From assembly GCA_049699995.1 (NCBI GenBank), contig JBNAWD010000002.1, positions 1 to 50,968 of the forward strand: 50,968 nucleotides of DNA, read 5' to 3'. Of this stretch, positions 30,362-40,071 are shown in pieces (the first letter of the stretch is position 1; each line of letters starts with the position of its first letter). Position numbers and translations under genes: made by a program. Source of the DNA: Minisyncoccia bacterium (GTDB lineage: Bacteria > Patescibacteriota > Minisyncoccia > UBA6257). Below the pieces are notes generated by a model. It had not been told where the DNA came from. It worked only from the letters and a program-made list of their open reading frames with translations, and searched no databases.

Positions 30362-32385
30362 AATTAGCTATCGTTGAATCACCAACAAAAGCCAAAACTA
30401 TCGCTCAATTTTTAAAAGGCAATTTTAAAGTTATTGCCACTTATGGTCATATTCGAGATCTCCCAAAATCAAAATTAGGAGTAGATGTTGAAAACAATTT
30501 TACTCCTCATTATGTTATTCCCAAAAAAGCGAGAAAAATTATCAATCTTTTAAAAAAAACCGCTCAAAAAGCAGAAGAAATTTATTTAGCCACTGATCCT
30601 GACCGGGAAGGAGAAGCCATCGCTTATCATTTAGTCGAAACTCTCAATTTAAAAGATAAACCTTATAAAAGAATCATCTTCCACGAAATTACTCCTTTGG
30701 CAATTAACAAAGCTTTAGAAAATCCCACTGATCTTAACTTTAATCTTGTTAATGCTCAACAAGCCCGACGAATTCTTGATCGATTAGTGGGCTACGAACT
30801 TTCTCCTTTTTTATGGAAAAAAGTTATTCGAGGACTTTCAGCGGGTCGAGTTCAATCTCCGGCTTTAAGGTTAATTGTAGAAAGAGAAAGAGAAAGAATA
30901 AATTTCAAAACAGAAAAATATTTCAAAATTTTTGGAATTTTCTTAAATAAAGAGAAAAAAGAATTAGAAGCGGAGCTAATAAAGATTAACGATAAAACAA
31001 TAGAAAAACCTGGCCTAAAAGATGAAAAACAAATTGAAGAAATAAAAAAAGAACTTTTAAAAAGCAATTCGAAAATCATTAAAATTGAAAAAGAAATAAT
31101 CAAAAAAAACCCCTCTCCGCCTTTTACTACTAGCACTTTGCAACAAAGCGCTTACCAGATTTTTAAATTTTCCGCCAAAAAAACAATGCTTTTAGCGCAG
31201 GCGCTTTACGAAGGAAAAAAAATCGGAAAAGAAGCGGTTGGCTTAATCACTTATATGCGAACTGATTCTACTCATCTTTCGCCCTTGGCATTAGAGTCGG
31301 CAAAAAAATTTTTAAAAGAAAATTTTGGAGATAAATATATTTTAGAAAAACATCGACAATTTAAATCTCGTTCTCGTTTGGCCCAAGAAGCGCATGAAGC
31401 TATTCGGCCGACTGATCCTTATAATACCCCAGAGAAAGTAAAACCTTATCTTACACCTGATGAATTTAAGCTTTATCAGTTAATTTGGCAAAGATTTTTA
31501 GCCTCTCAAATGCCAGAAGCTATTTTTGAAAAGGAAATAATTTTAATTGAAAGCCAGTCTGAAAACAATTACCTCTTTAAAAAAGTTTTTCAACAATTGA
31601 TTTTTGATGGCTTTTTGAAGATTTACCCTTATTCCCAAATCAAAACTGAATTTTTTGGAAATCTAACAGAAAATGAATCTTTAAATTTAAAAGATGTAAA
31701 AATCACCGAACATTTTACTCAACCTCCCCCTCGATATAATGACGCTTCTTTAGTCAAAACATTAGAAAAATATGGTATTGGTCGACCTTCTACTTATGCC
31801 CCGATTATTTCGATTCTTTTAGAAAGAGGGTATGTCTTGCGCGACCAAAATAAAGCTTTTTATCCAACGGAAATCGGATTTATTGTTAACGATCTTTTAG
31901 TCAATCATTTTCCAGAAATAATTGATTATCAATTCACTTCCCAAATGGAAGAGAACCTAGATTTAATCGCCCAAGGAGAAAAAAATTGGCAGGCTGTTTT
32001 AAAAAATTTTTATTTCCCGTTTAAAGAACACCTCCTTAAAAAAGAAAAAGAAGTCAAAAAAGGAGAAATTGCTCCGTTAATTTATTTAGAAGAAAAGTGT
32101 CCTTTGTGCCAAAATAAATTAGTTTCTCGATTGGGTAGATATGGTCGATTTATCACTTGTGAAAAATGGCCACAATGTCCTTATAAAAAAAATATTAACC
32201 AAGAGTTGCCCATCTCCTGTCCGTTATGCCAAAAAGGAAAAGTAGTCATTAAAAAAAATAAAAAAGGTAAAATTTTTTACGCTTGTTCGGAATGGCCGAA
32301 TTGCAATTTTCTTTCTTCCTATCCCCCTTTGGAAGAAAAATGCCCTTTGTGCGGTCATTATCTCATAAAAACAAAAAAAAGATAA
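30358..32385 (+). CDS. topA: DNA topoisomerase I; the annotated frame ends inside the last zinc ribbon
   Basis: Toprim N-terminus (L.IVESP.KA..I), the active-site region ITYMRTDS, and C-terminal CPLC... zinc ribbons. The start overlaps the dprA stop (ATGA). Confidence 0.93.
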   Translation: MKLAIVESPTKAKTIAQFLKGNFKVIATYGHIRDLPKSKLGVDVENNFTPHYVIPKKARKIINLLKKTAQKAEEIYLATDPDREGEAIAYHLVETLNLKDKPYKRIIFHEITPLAINKALENPTDLNFNLVNAQQARRILDRLVGYELSPFLWKKVIRGLSAGRVQSPALRLIVERERERINFKTEKYFKIFGIFLNKEKKELEAELIKINDKTIEKPGLKDEKQIEEIKKELLKSNSKIIKIEKEIIKKNPSPPFTTSTLQQSAYQIFKFSAKKTMLLAQALYEGKKIGKEAVGLITYMRTDSTHLSPLALESAKKFLKENFGDKYILEKHRQFKSRSRLAQEAHEAIRPTDPYNTPEKVKPYLTPDEFKLYQLIWQRFLASQMPEAIFEKEIILIESQSENNYLFKKVFQQLIFDGFLKIYPYSQIKTEFFGNLTENESLNLKDVKITEHFTQPPPRYNDASLVKTLEKYGIGRPSTYAPIISILLERGYVLRDQNKAFYPTEIGFIVNDLLVNHFPEIIDYQFTSQMEENLDLIAQGEKNWQAVLKNFYFPFKEHLLKKEKEVKKGEIAPLIYLEEKCPLCQNKLVSRLGRYGRFITCEKWPQCPYKKNINQELPISCPLCQKGKVVIKKNKKGKIFYACSEWPNCNFLSSYPPLEEKCPLCGHYLIKTKKR

Positions 32386-32462
32386 AATGTTCTAACAAAG
32401 AATGCTCTTTTGAAAAAACCTTTTCAGAAGAAAATGATTTATTGGAAGAAAGTAACTATTGA
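32379..32462 (+). other. -1 frame continuation of topA (rest of the last zinc ribbon plus an acidic tail)
   Basis: Reading from inside the A8 run (32373-32380) in the -1 frame gives KIKCSNKECSFEKTFSEENDLLEESNY-stop. This supplies the missing C..C half after CPLCGHYLIKTKK. Confidence 0.7.
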
Positions 32463-33577
32463 GGAGGCAAAATTTTTCTCAAGATCTTTTCTAAATCGTT
32501 TTGAGAATAAAACTTTATTTCAATGGCCCCTTGTTCTCCCTTCTTTTTAATATAAACGGGCATTTCAAAAACTTCCTCTAATTTTTCTTTAATCTCTAAG
32601 TCTTCCGGTTCGAGAGAAATGTTTCTCCTTCTGGAAGGTTTTTCTTTTTGGTCTAGTAACCTTTGCGATAACTCCAACGCTTCTCGACCAGACAGGTTTC
32701 TGGCTAATATTTCTTTTAAAAAAGCTCTTTTCTTTTCGGGGTTAGAAAAAGATAGAATCGCTCGAGCATGAGCTTCGTTTATTTTCCCTTCCCTTAGGGC
32801 ATTTTGAGCTTCTAACGGCAATTGCAATAATCTTAAAGTATTAGCAATCAATTCTCGACTTTTTCCTAATTTTTCCGCTAATTCTTGTTGGGTTAAGGAA
32901 AAATCATTCATTAGTTTATAAAAAGCTTGAGCTTTAGAAATAGGATCTAAGTCTTCTCGTTGAATATTTTCTATTAAAGCTAATTCTAATTTTTTTCTTT
33001 CTTCTAACGGTTTTTTTATGATCACTGGGACCGTTGGAAGACCGAGTTTTTTTGCTGCCAATAATCTTCTTTCGCCAGAAATCAACTGATACTCGACTGT
33101 TGTCCCTTGTTCATTTTCTTTCTCTATTCTTGTTACAATTAATGGTTCTAAAATACCGTATTCCCGAATAGATTGAGCTAATTCTTCTATACTTTCCTCT
33201 GAAAAAATTTTTCTGGGCTGCAAAGGATTGGGTTTAATCTTTTCGGTTTCAATATAAAAGACCTTCTCTCCCAATAAAGAATTTAAATCCTCCAATTCTT
33301 CTTTCAAAATCTCTTTTTCGTCTTTTTGAAGGTTACTTTTTCTTTCTTCCTCTTGGGAATTATCTTCCCCTTTTGAATTACTCAAACCACCTTTTAAATC
33401 TTCAAGGGTTTCCTGTATTTTTAATTCTAAGTTCTGTCCTGACTCTTTTTTCTTAGAAATCAAAGCTTCTATGCCTTGACCAAAAGAATCATCGTTTTGA
33501 GCAATCTCTTTTTGCCGATTTTGATCATCATTAAAGAAATAATTTTGGTTACCTTGATTGTTTATATTAAAATCCAT
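32456..33577 (-). CDS. parB: chromosome partitioning protein ParB/Spo0J with a ~110-aa acidic N-terminal extension
   Basis: ParB box EPLIV...........Y.LISGERRL.AAK..G, then an HTH region, lying downstream of parA. Confidence 0.9.
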   Translation of the reverse strand: MDFNINNQGNQNYFFNDDQNRQKEIAQNDDSFGQGIEALISKKKESGQNLELKIQETLEDLKGGLSNSKGEDNSQEEERKSNLQKDEKEILKEELEDLNSLLGEKVFYIETEKIKPNPLQPRKIFSEESIEELAQSIREYGILEPLIVTRIEKENEQGTTVEYQLISGERRLLAAKKLGLPTVPVIIKKPLEERKKLELALIENIQREDLDPISKAQAFYKLMNDFSLTQQELAEKLGKSRELIANTLRLLQLPLEAQNALREGKINEAHARAILSFSNPEKKRAFLKEILARNLSGREALELSQRLLDQKEKPSRRRNISLEPEDLEIKEKLEEVFEMPVYIKKKGEQGAIEIKFYSQNDLEKILRKILPPQ

Positions 33578-33606
33578 ATTATTTTCAATTTATTTTTTAT
33601 TTGAAT

Positions 33607-34380
33607 TTATTGTTCTTTCTCCAAAAGATTAATAATTTCTTGGGTCAAATAAAAATAAGCTCGCGCCCCGGAAGAAAAAGGATTGTATTCAATAATAGTT
33701 TTACCAAAACTTGGGGCTTCGGCTAAACTAACGTTTTTAGGAATAACTGTTTTAAAAACATAACCGGGGAAATTCCTTCTTAAGTTTTTTTCTACTAAGC
33801 GAGACAATCGACTCCTTTTGTCAAATAATGTTAACACCGCTCCTAAAATTTTTAAATCTTTCCCCAGATTTCTTCTTATTAAATCTAAAGTAAAAATTAA
33901 CTGCTTTAAACCCTCTAAAGCGAAAAATTCGCTTTGGACAGGAATTAAAACTTTTTTTGAAGCTACTAAACCGTTCACTGTTAAAAGCCCTAAAGAGGGA
34001 GGCAAATCTATCAATATATATTGATAATTTTTTTCTATTTGAGAGATAATTTGCTCCAATCTTTCTTCCTTATTCTGAAAACCCAACAACTCAATCTGAG
34101 CACCGTTTAGATCTACTGAAGAAGGAATTATTTCTAAACCAAAAATTTTAGTCGGAGAAATTACTTCCTGAGAAGAAGCTGATCCTAATATTAAATGGTA
34201 TATGCTTTTATTCAAAGAATTATAATTAATTCCCAATCCTTTTGTGGCATTCGCTTGAGGATCAAAATCAATAATTAGAGTTTTCCTGCCTCTTATCGCT
34301 AAATAAGCGCCGACATTTAAGCAAGTCGTTGTTTTTCCCACCCCTCCTTTTTGATTGCAGATAGCTATTATTTCCGCCAT
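33607..34380 (-). CDS. parA: chromosome partitioning ATPase ParA/Soj
   Basis: Deviant Walker A NQKGGVGKTT and the ..IDLPPSL motif. Confidence 0.93.
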   Translation of the reverse strand: MAEIIAICNQKGGVGKTTTCLNVGAYLAIRGRKTLIIDFDPQANATKGLGINYNSLNKSIYHLILGSASSQEVISPTKIFGLEIIPSSVDLNGAQIELLGFQNKEERLEQIISQIEKNYQYILIDLPPSLGLLTVNGLVASKKVLIPVQSEFFALEGLKQLIFTLDLIRRNLGKDLKILGAVLTLFDKRSRLSRLVEKNLRRNFPGYVFKTVIPKNVSLAEAPSFGKTIIEYNPFSSGARAYFYLTQEIINLLEKEQ

Positions 34381-34469
34381 AAATTTTATTTATTATAACA
34401 AAAAAAACTCGCTTTTTCTATAAAAACTTTAAAAAATATTCAAAAAATGATAAAATATAAAACACCTAA

Positions 34470-34551
34470 GGGCGAGTGGCGGAATTGGCAGACGCGCACG
34501 ACTCAAAATCGTGTGCCGCAAGGCATGTGGGTTCGACTCCCACCTCGCCCA
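34470..34551 (+). tRNA. tRNA-Leu (anticodon CAA), class II long variable arm
   Basis: Folded by hand. Acceptor GGGCGAG/CTCGCCC, anticodon stem cacga/tcgtg with loop ctCAAaa, 13-nt variable arm, T-loop TTCGACT. Confidence 0.9.
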
Positions 34552-34556
34552 CAAAT

Positions 34557-34584
34557 TTAAAACCGCGGAAATCCGCGGTTTTAA
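34557..34584. terminator. bidirectional terminator between tRNA-Leu (+) and rpsT (-)
   Basis: ttaaaaccgcgg-aaat-ccgcggttttaa. It is a symmetric hairpin with A/T runs on both sides. Confidence 0.65.
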
Positions 34585-34603
34585 AATAAAAAAGGAGTAC
34601 CAT

Positions 34604-34876
34604 TTATTCTTTAAAGAGCAAGGTGTGCACTTTCTTAGCAATTTTTGACTTCATCCGATTAGCGGTATTCTTCTTTAAAACATTAGTTTTTACTGCTTTA
34701 TCAATGGCTTTATAAAAAAGAGGGAGCAATTTTTTTATCTCCTCTTTGTTTTTTTCTGATAAAGCTTTGGATAATTCTTTTCTAACCCTCTTTATGGTTT
34801 CTTTTCTCAATTTATTCTCTTGTTGTTTTTTAAGGCTTTTCTTTAAAGCCCTTTTGGCAGATTTCGTGATTGGCAT
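34604..34876 (-). CDS. rpsT: 30S ribosomal protein S20
   Basis: MPITKSAKRALKKS..... N-terminus. A basic helical protein of 90 aa. Confidence 0.9.
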   Translation of the reverse strand: MPITKSAKRALKKSLKKQQENKLRKETIKRVRKELSKALSEKNKEEIKKLLPLFYKAIDKAVKTNVLKKNTANRMKSKIAKKVHTLLFKE

Positions 34877-34916
34877 ATTTTTAATTGATTAAAACTATCA
34901 AATTTTTTAAAAAAAA

Positions 34917-36680
34917 TCAATCTTTAGCCGTGGTCGACAAAACTTCTTCTAACGAAGTAACCCCTTCTAAAACCTTTAAAACCCCATCCTGTCTTAATTT
35001 AATCATTCCTTGCCTTTTGGCTTCGTTATTTAATTTATCCTGAGAAGGTCCAGTCAAAATAATTTCTTCTAATTCCGGACTCATAGCGATCATTTCAAAA
35101 ATACCAATTCTTCCCAAATATCCCTTTTTATTACAACTCGAACAACCCTTTGGTTTATAAATATAATAAGGTTTTTTATAAGGCAATTTTTCTTTTATTG
35201 AAGAAGGCACATCTTTTAATGCTTCGTCGATAATTTTTTCTTCAATTGGATTAGCCTCAACTTTTTGTTTACATTCAGGGCATAATTTCCGAACTAATCT
35301 CTGAGCCATCATTAAATTCAAAGAAGAAGGAATTAAAAATGGTTCTACTCCCAAATCAAGCAATCTTGGAATAACGCCGATAGCATTGTTTGTATGAAGG
35401 GTTGATAAAACTAGATGGCCAGTTAAAGCGGCATGGGTGGCCAAGTCTGCTGTTTCGTGATCCCGAATTTCTCCTACCATGATTACATCCGGATCCTGTC
35501 GAACTATATGTCGCAAACCCCGCGAAAAAGTGTAGCCTATTTCGGGCAAAATCTGAGATTGATTTATCCCTTCGATAGTATATTCCACCGGGTCTTCGAG
35601 GGAAATAATATTTATTGCTTCCTGATTTAAAATTTGAAGCATGGCGTATAAAGTCGTAGTTTTTCCGGAACCAGTTGGACCAGTAATCAAAATCATCCCA
35701 TAAGGTTTTTCTATTTGTTCTTTTACCATACTTAAATGATAATCTGCTAAACCAATTTCTTGAATATTCTTTAAACCAACAGTCGGATCTAAAATTCGAA
35801 TAGCTACTTTTTCTCCTAAAGCAGTTGGAAAAGTTGATACTCGGAAGTCAATTTCTTTCTCATCTATTAAAGAAGTAAAGCGGCCATCTTGAGGTAAGCG
35901 AGTTTCGTCAATTTTTAAATTTGTCATTATTTTTATTCGGCTAATAATGGCAGGCAAAACAGTCAAAGGTAAAGTGACAATTGTGGATAAATTGCCATCT
36001 ATTCTCATCCTTACTCGAATTTTGGTCCGCCCGGGCTCAATATGAATGTCCGAAGCCCTTGCCCTAATCCCATATTTCAGAATAGAGGCAAAAAGCTTCA
36101 CAATTGGCATTGGCGCCTCTTCAGCCATTAACCCGGCAGTTGATTCTAAGTCAACTATTTTATAAGGTGAGGCTTGTCTTTTAGGAATAGCTGAATATCT
36201 TTTTTGAAAATCATCAACTAATTTAAAAAATTCTTCGGTAAAAGTTTGATAAAGTTTTAAAATCTTTAATAAATCAGAATTAGTAATAAGATAAATTTTT
36301 ATTTGAGCATTCAACCTCTCTGCCAAAAATTTCAAAGCCTTTTGAGCCTGAGGGTCATCAGGATAAACCATCCCGACTTCCAACAAATTTTCTTGTCGAT
36401 TAAAAGCCACCATTTTATAATGGCGAGCCACATCCTCGGGAATAAGATTTAAAACAACATTAGGAATGACTTCTTTATCTTGAAAAATTTTTACGGGTAA
36501 ATTAAAAATATCGCTTTTAATAGAAAGGAGTGATTTTTCATCAACTAAATTCCTTGATAAAATAACTTCTTCCAATCGTCTATTTAAAGATTGAGCCTCG
36601 TTTAATAAGGCCTTTGCCATCTCGGGGCGGATTAATCCTTTATTAATAAGATGGGAAAGCAAAAGTTCTTCTTGAAGCAT
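34917..36680 (-). CDS. pilB: type IV pilus assembly ATPase PilB (GspE family)
   Basis: Walker A GPTGSGKTTT, Asp box, Walker B ..DPDVIMVGEIRD, and a tetracysteine motif CPEC...CSSC. Confidence 0.92.
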   Translation of the reverse strand: MLQEELLLSHLINKGLIRPEMAKALLNEAQSLNRRLEEVILSRNLVDEKSLLSIKSDIFNLPVKIFQDKEVIPNVVLNLIPEDVARHYKMVAFNRQENLLEVGMVYPDDPQAQKALKFLAERLNAQIKIYLITNSDLLKILKLYQTFTEEFFKLVDDFQKRYSAIPKRQASPYKIVDLESTAGLMAEEAPMPIVKLFASILKYGIRARASDIHIEPGRTKIRVRMRIDGNLSTIVTLPLTVLPAIISRIKIMTNLKIDETRLPQDGRFTSLIDEKEIDFRVSTFPTALGEKVAIRILDPTVGLKNIQEIGLADYHLSMVKEQIEKPYGMILITGPTGSGKTTTLYAMLQILNQEAINIISLEDPVEYTIEGINQSQILPEIGYTFSRGLRHIVRQDPDVIMVGEIRDHETADLATHAALTGHLVLSTLHTNNAIGVIPRLLDLGVEPFLIPSSLNLMMAQRLVRKLCPECKQKVEANPIEEKIIDEALKDVPSSIKEKLPYKKPYYIYKPKGCSSCNKKGYLGRIGIFEMIAMSPELEEIILTGPSQDKLNNEAKRQGMIKLRQDGVLKVLEGVTSLEEVLSTTAKD

Positions 36681-36695
36681 TAAATCTTGCTAAAA

Positions 36696-36983
36696 TTAAA
36701 AAGGAAGAAAAGGGTTGGTCTTTCCTAATTGAGGTAAATTCAAAGGCAAAGAAATATGAGGAGTCAAAGACAAAAAAACTGGATTATTTAAAATTTTATT
36801 TATGTCTAATTGGGCGGTAATAATTTCTTGGGAAGTCGGAGATAAAACTTCTTCGATTTTTGGTTGAATAAATTCGGTCTTTTTTATTAAATTAAACAAA
36901 AGCCATCCTCCCATCACCAAAACTAGTAAAATAATTAATAAACTCACACCTCCTTTTTTCTTTTTTTGAATTTCAATTGCCAT
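36696..36983 (-). CDS. hypothetical single-pass membrane protein of the pilus operon (possibly PilP-like)
   Basis: 95 aa with an N-terminal TM helix and a C-terminal NPFLPF. It lies between the pilO-like gene and pilB. Confidence 0.45.
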   Translation of the reverse strand: MAIEIQKKKKGGVSLLIILLVLVMGGWLLFNLIKKTEFIQPKIEEVLSPTSQEIITAQLDINKILNNPVFLSLTPHISLPLNLPQLGKTNPFLPF

Positions 36984-36995
36984 ATTCTTTTTTTA

Positions 36996-37586
36996 TTATT
37001 TAGGTAAATAGTAGAAAACTAAAGTCATTTCTCCACTTAAAGGTACATCCGCAATAGAAACTTTTTTGACTTTTGTGCCCTTTGAAGATGTTTCTAATTG
37101 AGTTTCCGGGGGGGCTTTAACCCTCAAGTCCTTTAGATCTGCCAACCTTAGTTCTTTTTCTATCTCATTCAAAAAACTCTTTAAACCTTGATAATTTGAG
37201 CTAAAGGTCGTTCTTACTTCCACTCTCCCAATTTCATCTTCCCCTACTGATTCCTGAAAACTCATTTGTAAAAAGTTGATATTATTCTTTTTAGATAATT
37301 CATTTAATATGGCTAAAATTTGATCAGTCAAGGGTTCGTCCGGTAAAGCTAAATTAATATTTTCTATTTGACTTACCAAACTGGCATAATAATTCATTAA
37401 TTGTTCTGCTTTAGCTTTATATTCATTAATTAATCTAATTTTTTCTTTAGTTTCTAAAATATTTTTTTGGTTCTCTTTAATCTTAGCCAAACTTGGTCTA
37501 ATAGAATTCAAATAAATAAATAAAGATCCGGCGATTAGAATAATGATTAGAAGGATAGATAAATTTTGTCTTGTAGTTTCTCTCAT
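36996..37586 (-). CDS. pilO: PilO-like pilus assembly protein
   Basis: TM helix, then coiled coil, then a C-terminal domain, lying after the pilN-like gene. Confidence 0.6.
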   Translation of the reverse strand: MRETTRQNLSILLIIILIAGSLFIYLNSIRPSLAKIKENQKNILETKEKIRLINEYKAKAEQLMNYYASLVSQIENINLALPDEPLTDQILAILNELSKKNNINFLQMSFQESVGEDEIGRVEVRTTFSSNYQGLKSFLNEIEKELRLADLKDLRVKAPPETQLETSSKGTKVKKVSIADVPLSGEMTLVFYYLPK

Positions 37587-37590
37587 TGTT

Positions 37591-38184
37591 TTAATAATTT
37601 AATGATTCGGCTGAAGTGCTTTCTGGTTTAAAAAGAAGACCAGATGATTTTAGATAAATATCCAAAGAAAATTTAGTTTTCTCTACATTCTCTAATTCTA
37701 GGTTCTTTAGCGCTACCCCTTCAACCAACTGAGTAGAGTTTATCATTTTATTGATTACGCCTGCCTCCACTCCTTCCGCTAAAGCTAAATTATTTTTGGC
37801 TATTCCTTCGAGGGTAACTTTTTGATTATCTAAAGAGTAATCTAAACCTAAATAATAAATATCTGGATGGGTATATTTCTCTAACCAATTAAAAAATATA
37901 GAAAAGGCCAAATGGTTGTTTAATAAAAAGCTTAATTTATCAATTTTTTTCTCCAATCTTAATATCTCCTCTTCTTTTTCTTTATCTAAAGAAGCTCTCA
38001 CGCTTTCAAGTTGAGTCTGTAAGCCATTGATCTCTCTTTCTTGATTAAGGAGATAAAATTTTAATAAAAAATTAATCCCCAAAACAAGAATAAATAATAT
38101 CACAAAAAAAATTAAAAGCCCTTTGGGCCAAGGAGCCGAAATCGGTTTTACTTTTAAAGATTCTAAATCGGAAGGGTTAAACAT
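37591..38184 (-). CDS. pilN: PilN-like pilus assembly protein
   Basis: Short cytoplasmic N-terminus, TM helix, then coiled coil, lying directly after pilM. Confidence 0.6.
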   Translation of the reverse strand: MFNPSDLESLKVKPISAPWPKGLLIFFVILFILVLGINFLLKFYLLNQEREINGLQTQLESVRASLDKEKEEEILRLEKKIDKLSFLLNNHLAFSIFFNWLEKYTHPDIYYLGLDYSLDNQKVTLEGIAKNNLALAEGVEAGVINKMINSTQLVEGVALKNLELENVEKTKFSLDIYLKSSGLLFKPESTSAESLNY

Positions 38185-38236
38185 TTTAAAAATTTATTTT
38201 ATTTAATTTTACTAAATTTTTAAAAGTCAAGCAAAT

Positions 38237-39295
38237 TTAGAAAAAATATTTCGCCCCTAAAGCGCAAGCCACAGTTAAAGAGGGGCCTAACTCCTTAATG
38301 ATTGGAGCAATTTCTGGTCGATAATCAATCAATTTTAAGGAAAATGGGTCAGCAATAATCGCTGGTATTCCTAACCTGTGAGAAAAATAATCTTCTATCC
38401 CGACAAGATTTGCTCCCCCACCAATTAAAAATATCTTTTCCACTTTTTTCTTAGTCTTGAAATAATAACCATTAATTAACTTTTCCGCTTCCTGCGACAT
38501 TCTTTCCAAAAAAGGATTGAGAACTTTTAACAAATCAATTCCTTCTTGCATTTTTAAATTAAAACCATAGGTTTTTTTTAGTTGCTCAGCTCTGATTGGA
38601 TTAATTGATAAACCATTAGCAATGACCTGAGTAAAATCTCCTCCCCCAATTTCAACATAATACAAAGAACGAAGAGTTCCGTTGTCCATAATAGAGAAAG
38701 AAGTCACTCGACCACCCAGATCAATTATTAAAACAGGATTTTTTTCTTTTTTACCAAATAAATAACAAACAGCTGTGGCTTCCAGTTCTAAATTTTTAAG
38801 TTCCAATTTTGCCAATTCCGCAGTTTTAATATACCTTTGAACATGCTCTGTAGGAACGGCAATTAAAAGCAAAGTAATTTTTGGGGGGCTTTCTTCTAAA
38901 ACTTGCCAATCTAAAGTAACTTCTTTTAAAGGCATTGGAATATATTGCTCTGCCTGAAATCTGACTGCTTTTGCTAAATCCCTCGAAGGCATATAGGGCA
39001 TTTCAATCATCGAGGTAAAACCCAAAAAATTGGGCAACCCCATAGAAACTTCCCGGGCTTTCACTCTACTTTTTTCTAATAATTCTCTAATTAACAAAGC
39101 AGTCCCTTCTTCTAATAATTTTAAAGTCGGTGTTTGAACTGCGCCATTGATTCTCTCCAAATGACCGTATTTCTCTAAAACACCGTAACTAGTCATTTCT
39201 AACCCCTTTACTTTTTTTGAAATTTCTACTACTTTTATAGCAGTAGTCCCGATATCAATTCCTAAAAAAGAATTTTTAAATAAACCCAGAACCAT
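38237..39295 (-). CDS. pilM: type IV pilus assembly protein PilM (actin-like ATPase fold)
   Basis: GIDIGTTAIKVVE phosphate-1 motif, IDLGG.. and IGGGA motifs. Length is 352 aa. Confidence 0.88.
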   Translation of the reverse strand: MVLGLFKNSFLGIDIGTTAIKVVEISKKVKGLEMTSYGVLEKYGHLERINGAVQTPTLKLLEEGTALLIRELLEKSRVKAREVSMGLPNFLGFTSMIEMPYMPSRDLAKAVRFQAEQYIPMPLKEVTLDWQVLEESPPKITLLLIAVPTEHVQRYIKTAELAKLELKNLELEATAVCYLFGKKEKNPVLIIDLGGRVTSFSIMDNGTLRSLYYVEIGGGDFTQVIANGLSINPIRAEQLKKTYGFNLKMQEGIDLLKVLNPFLERMSQEAEKLINGYYFKTKKKVEKIFLIGGGANLVGIEDYFSHRLGIPAIIADPFSLKLIDYRPEIAPIIKELGPSLTVACALGAKYFF

Positions 39296-39330
39296 ATTTA
39301 AATTTATATATTTATATAAATTATAGCAGA

Positions 39331-40071
39331 ATGCTTAAAATAATCAAAAATAAAATTTTAAAACTGCAAGAATTTTTATTAGATGCGCTTTTTCCCTGGC
39401 ATTGTCTTTATTGTTTAAAAGAAAATGAAAACATTCTTTGTGAGAATTGTCTTAAAATGATTCCCATTTTTTCTGATTTTCAATGTCTAAATTGTCAAAA
39501 ACTTATCACTTCTTTTAACCATCAATGCCATAATAAAAAATCTTATTTATTTGCTTTAGGAGCAGTATCTTTTTATGAAAATCCGATTTTAAAAAAAGCC
39601 ATTCATACCTTTAAATATCAAAAAATCATCAAAACAAAAGAAGTATTAAATAATTTAATGATCGCTTTTTTAGAAAGAAGCAATTTTTTTAAAGAATTAA
39701 TGAACAAAAGAGGAAACATCTTGGTTTTAGCTGTCCCTTTAAATAAAAAGAGAGAAAGAAAAAGAGGATTTAATCAGGCAGAGATTTTAGCAGAGAATAT
39801 AGCCAACCATTTCCAATTGAATTATCAAAAGAAAATATTAATCAGAAAATATAATAATCCCCCGCAGGTAATTTTAAAAAACCCTCAAGAAAGAGAAAAA
39901 AATGTAAAAGGAATTTTTAAAATTCAACCTCAGAAAAGAAAAATTTTAAAAAATAAAATTATTATTTTAATTGATGATGTTTATACTACCGGCGCGACTA
40001 TGAATGAAATTGGTAAAATTTTAAAAAAAGCAAAGGTTAAAAAAATTATTGGATTAGTTTTGGCTAAATAG
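39331..40071 (+). CDS. comFC: ComF family phosphoribosyltransferase-domain protein (ComFC)
   Basis: N-terminal C..C...C..C zinc finger, RGFNQAE motif, and PRT motif IILIDDVYTTGAT. Confidence 0.88.
   Translation: MLKIIKNKILKLQEFLLDALFPWHCLYCLKENENILCENCLKMIPIFSDFQCLNCQKLITSFNHQCHNKKSYLFALGAVSFYENPILKKAIHTFKYQKIIKTKEVLNNLMIAFLERSNFFKELMNKRGNILVLAVPLNKKRERKRGFNQAEILAENIANHFQLNYQKKILIRKYNNPPQVILKNPQEREKNVKGIFKIQPQKRKILKNKIIILIDDVYTTGATMNEIGKILKKAKVKKIIGLVLAK

Noticed and set aside
32386-34469. parS site (TGTTNCACGTGAAACA-like palindrome) near parAB
   Set aside because: I found no convincing match by eye. A pattern search over the full contig is needed before concluding that it is absent.
34429-34641. 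70-aa ORF on the minus strand
   Set aside because: It overlaps tRNA-Leu, the bidirectional terminator and the 3' end of rpsT. The tRNA fold explains the sequence.
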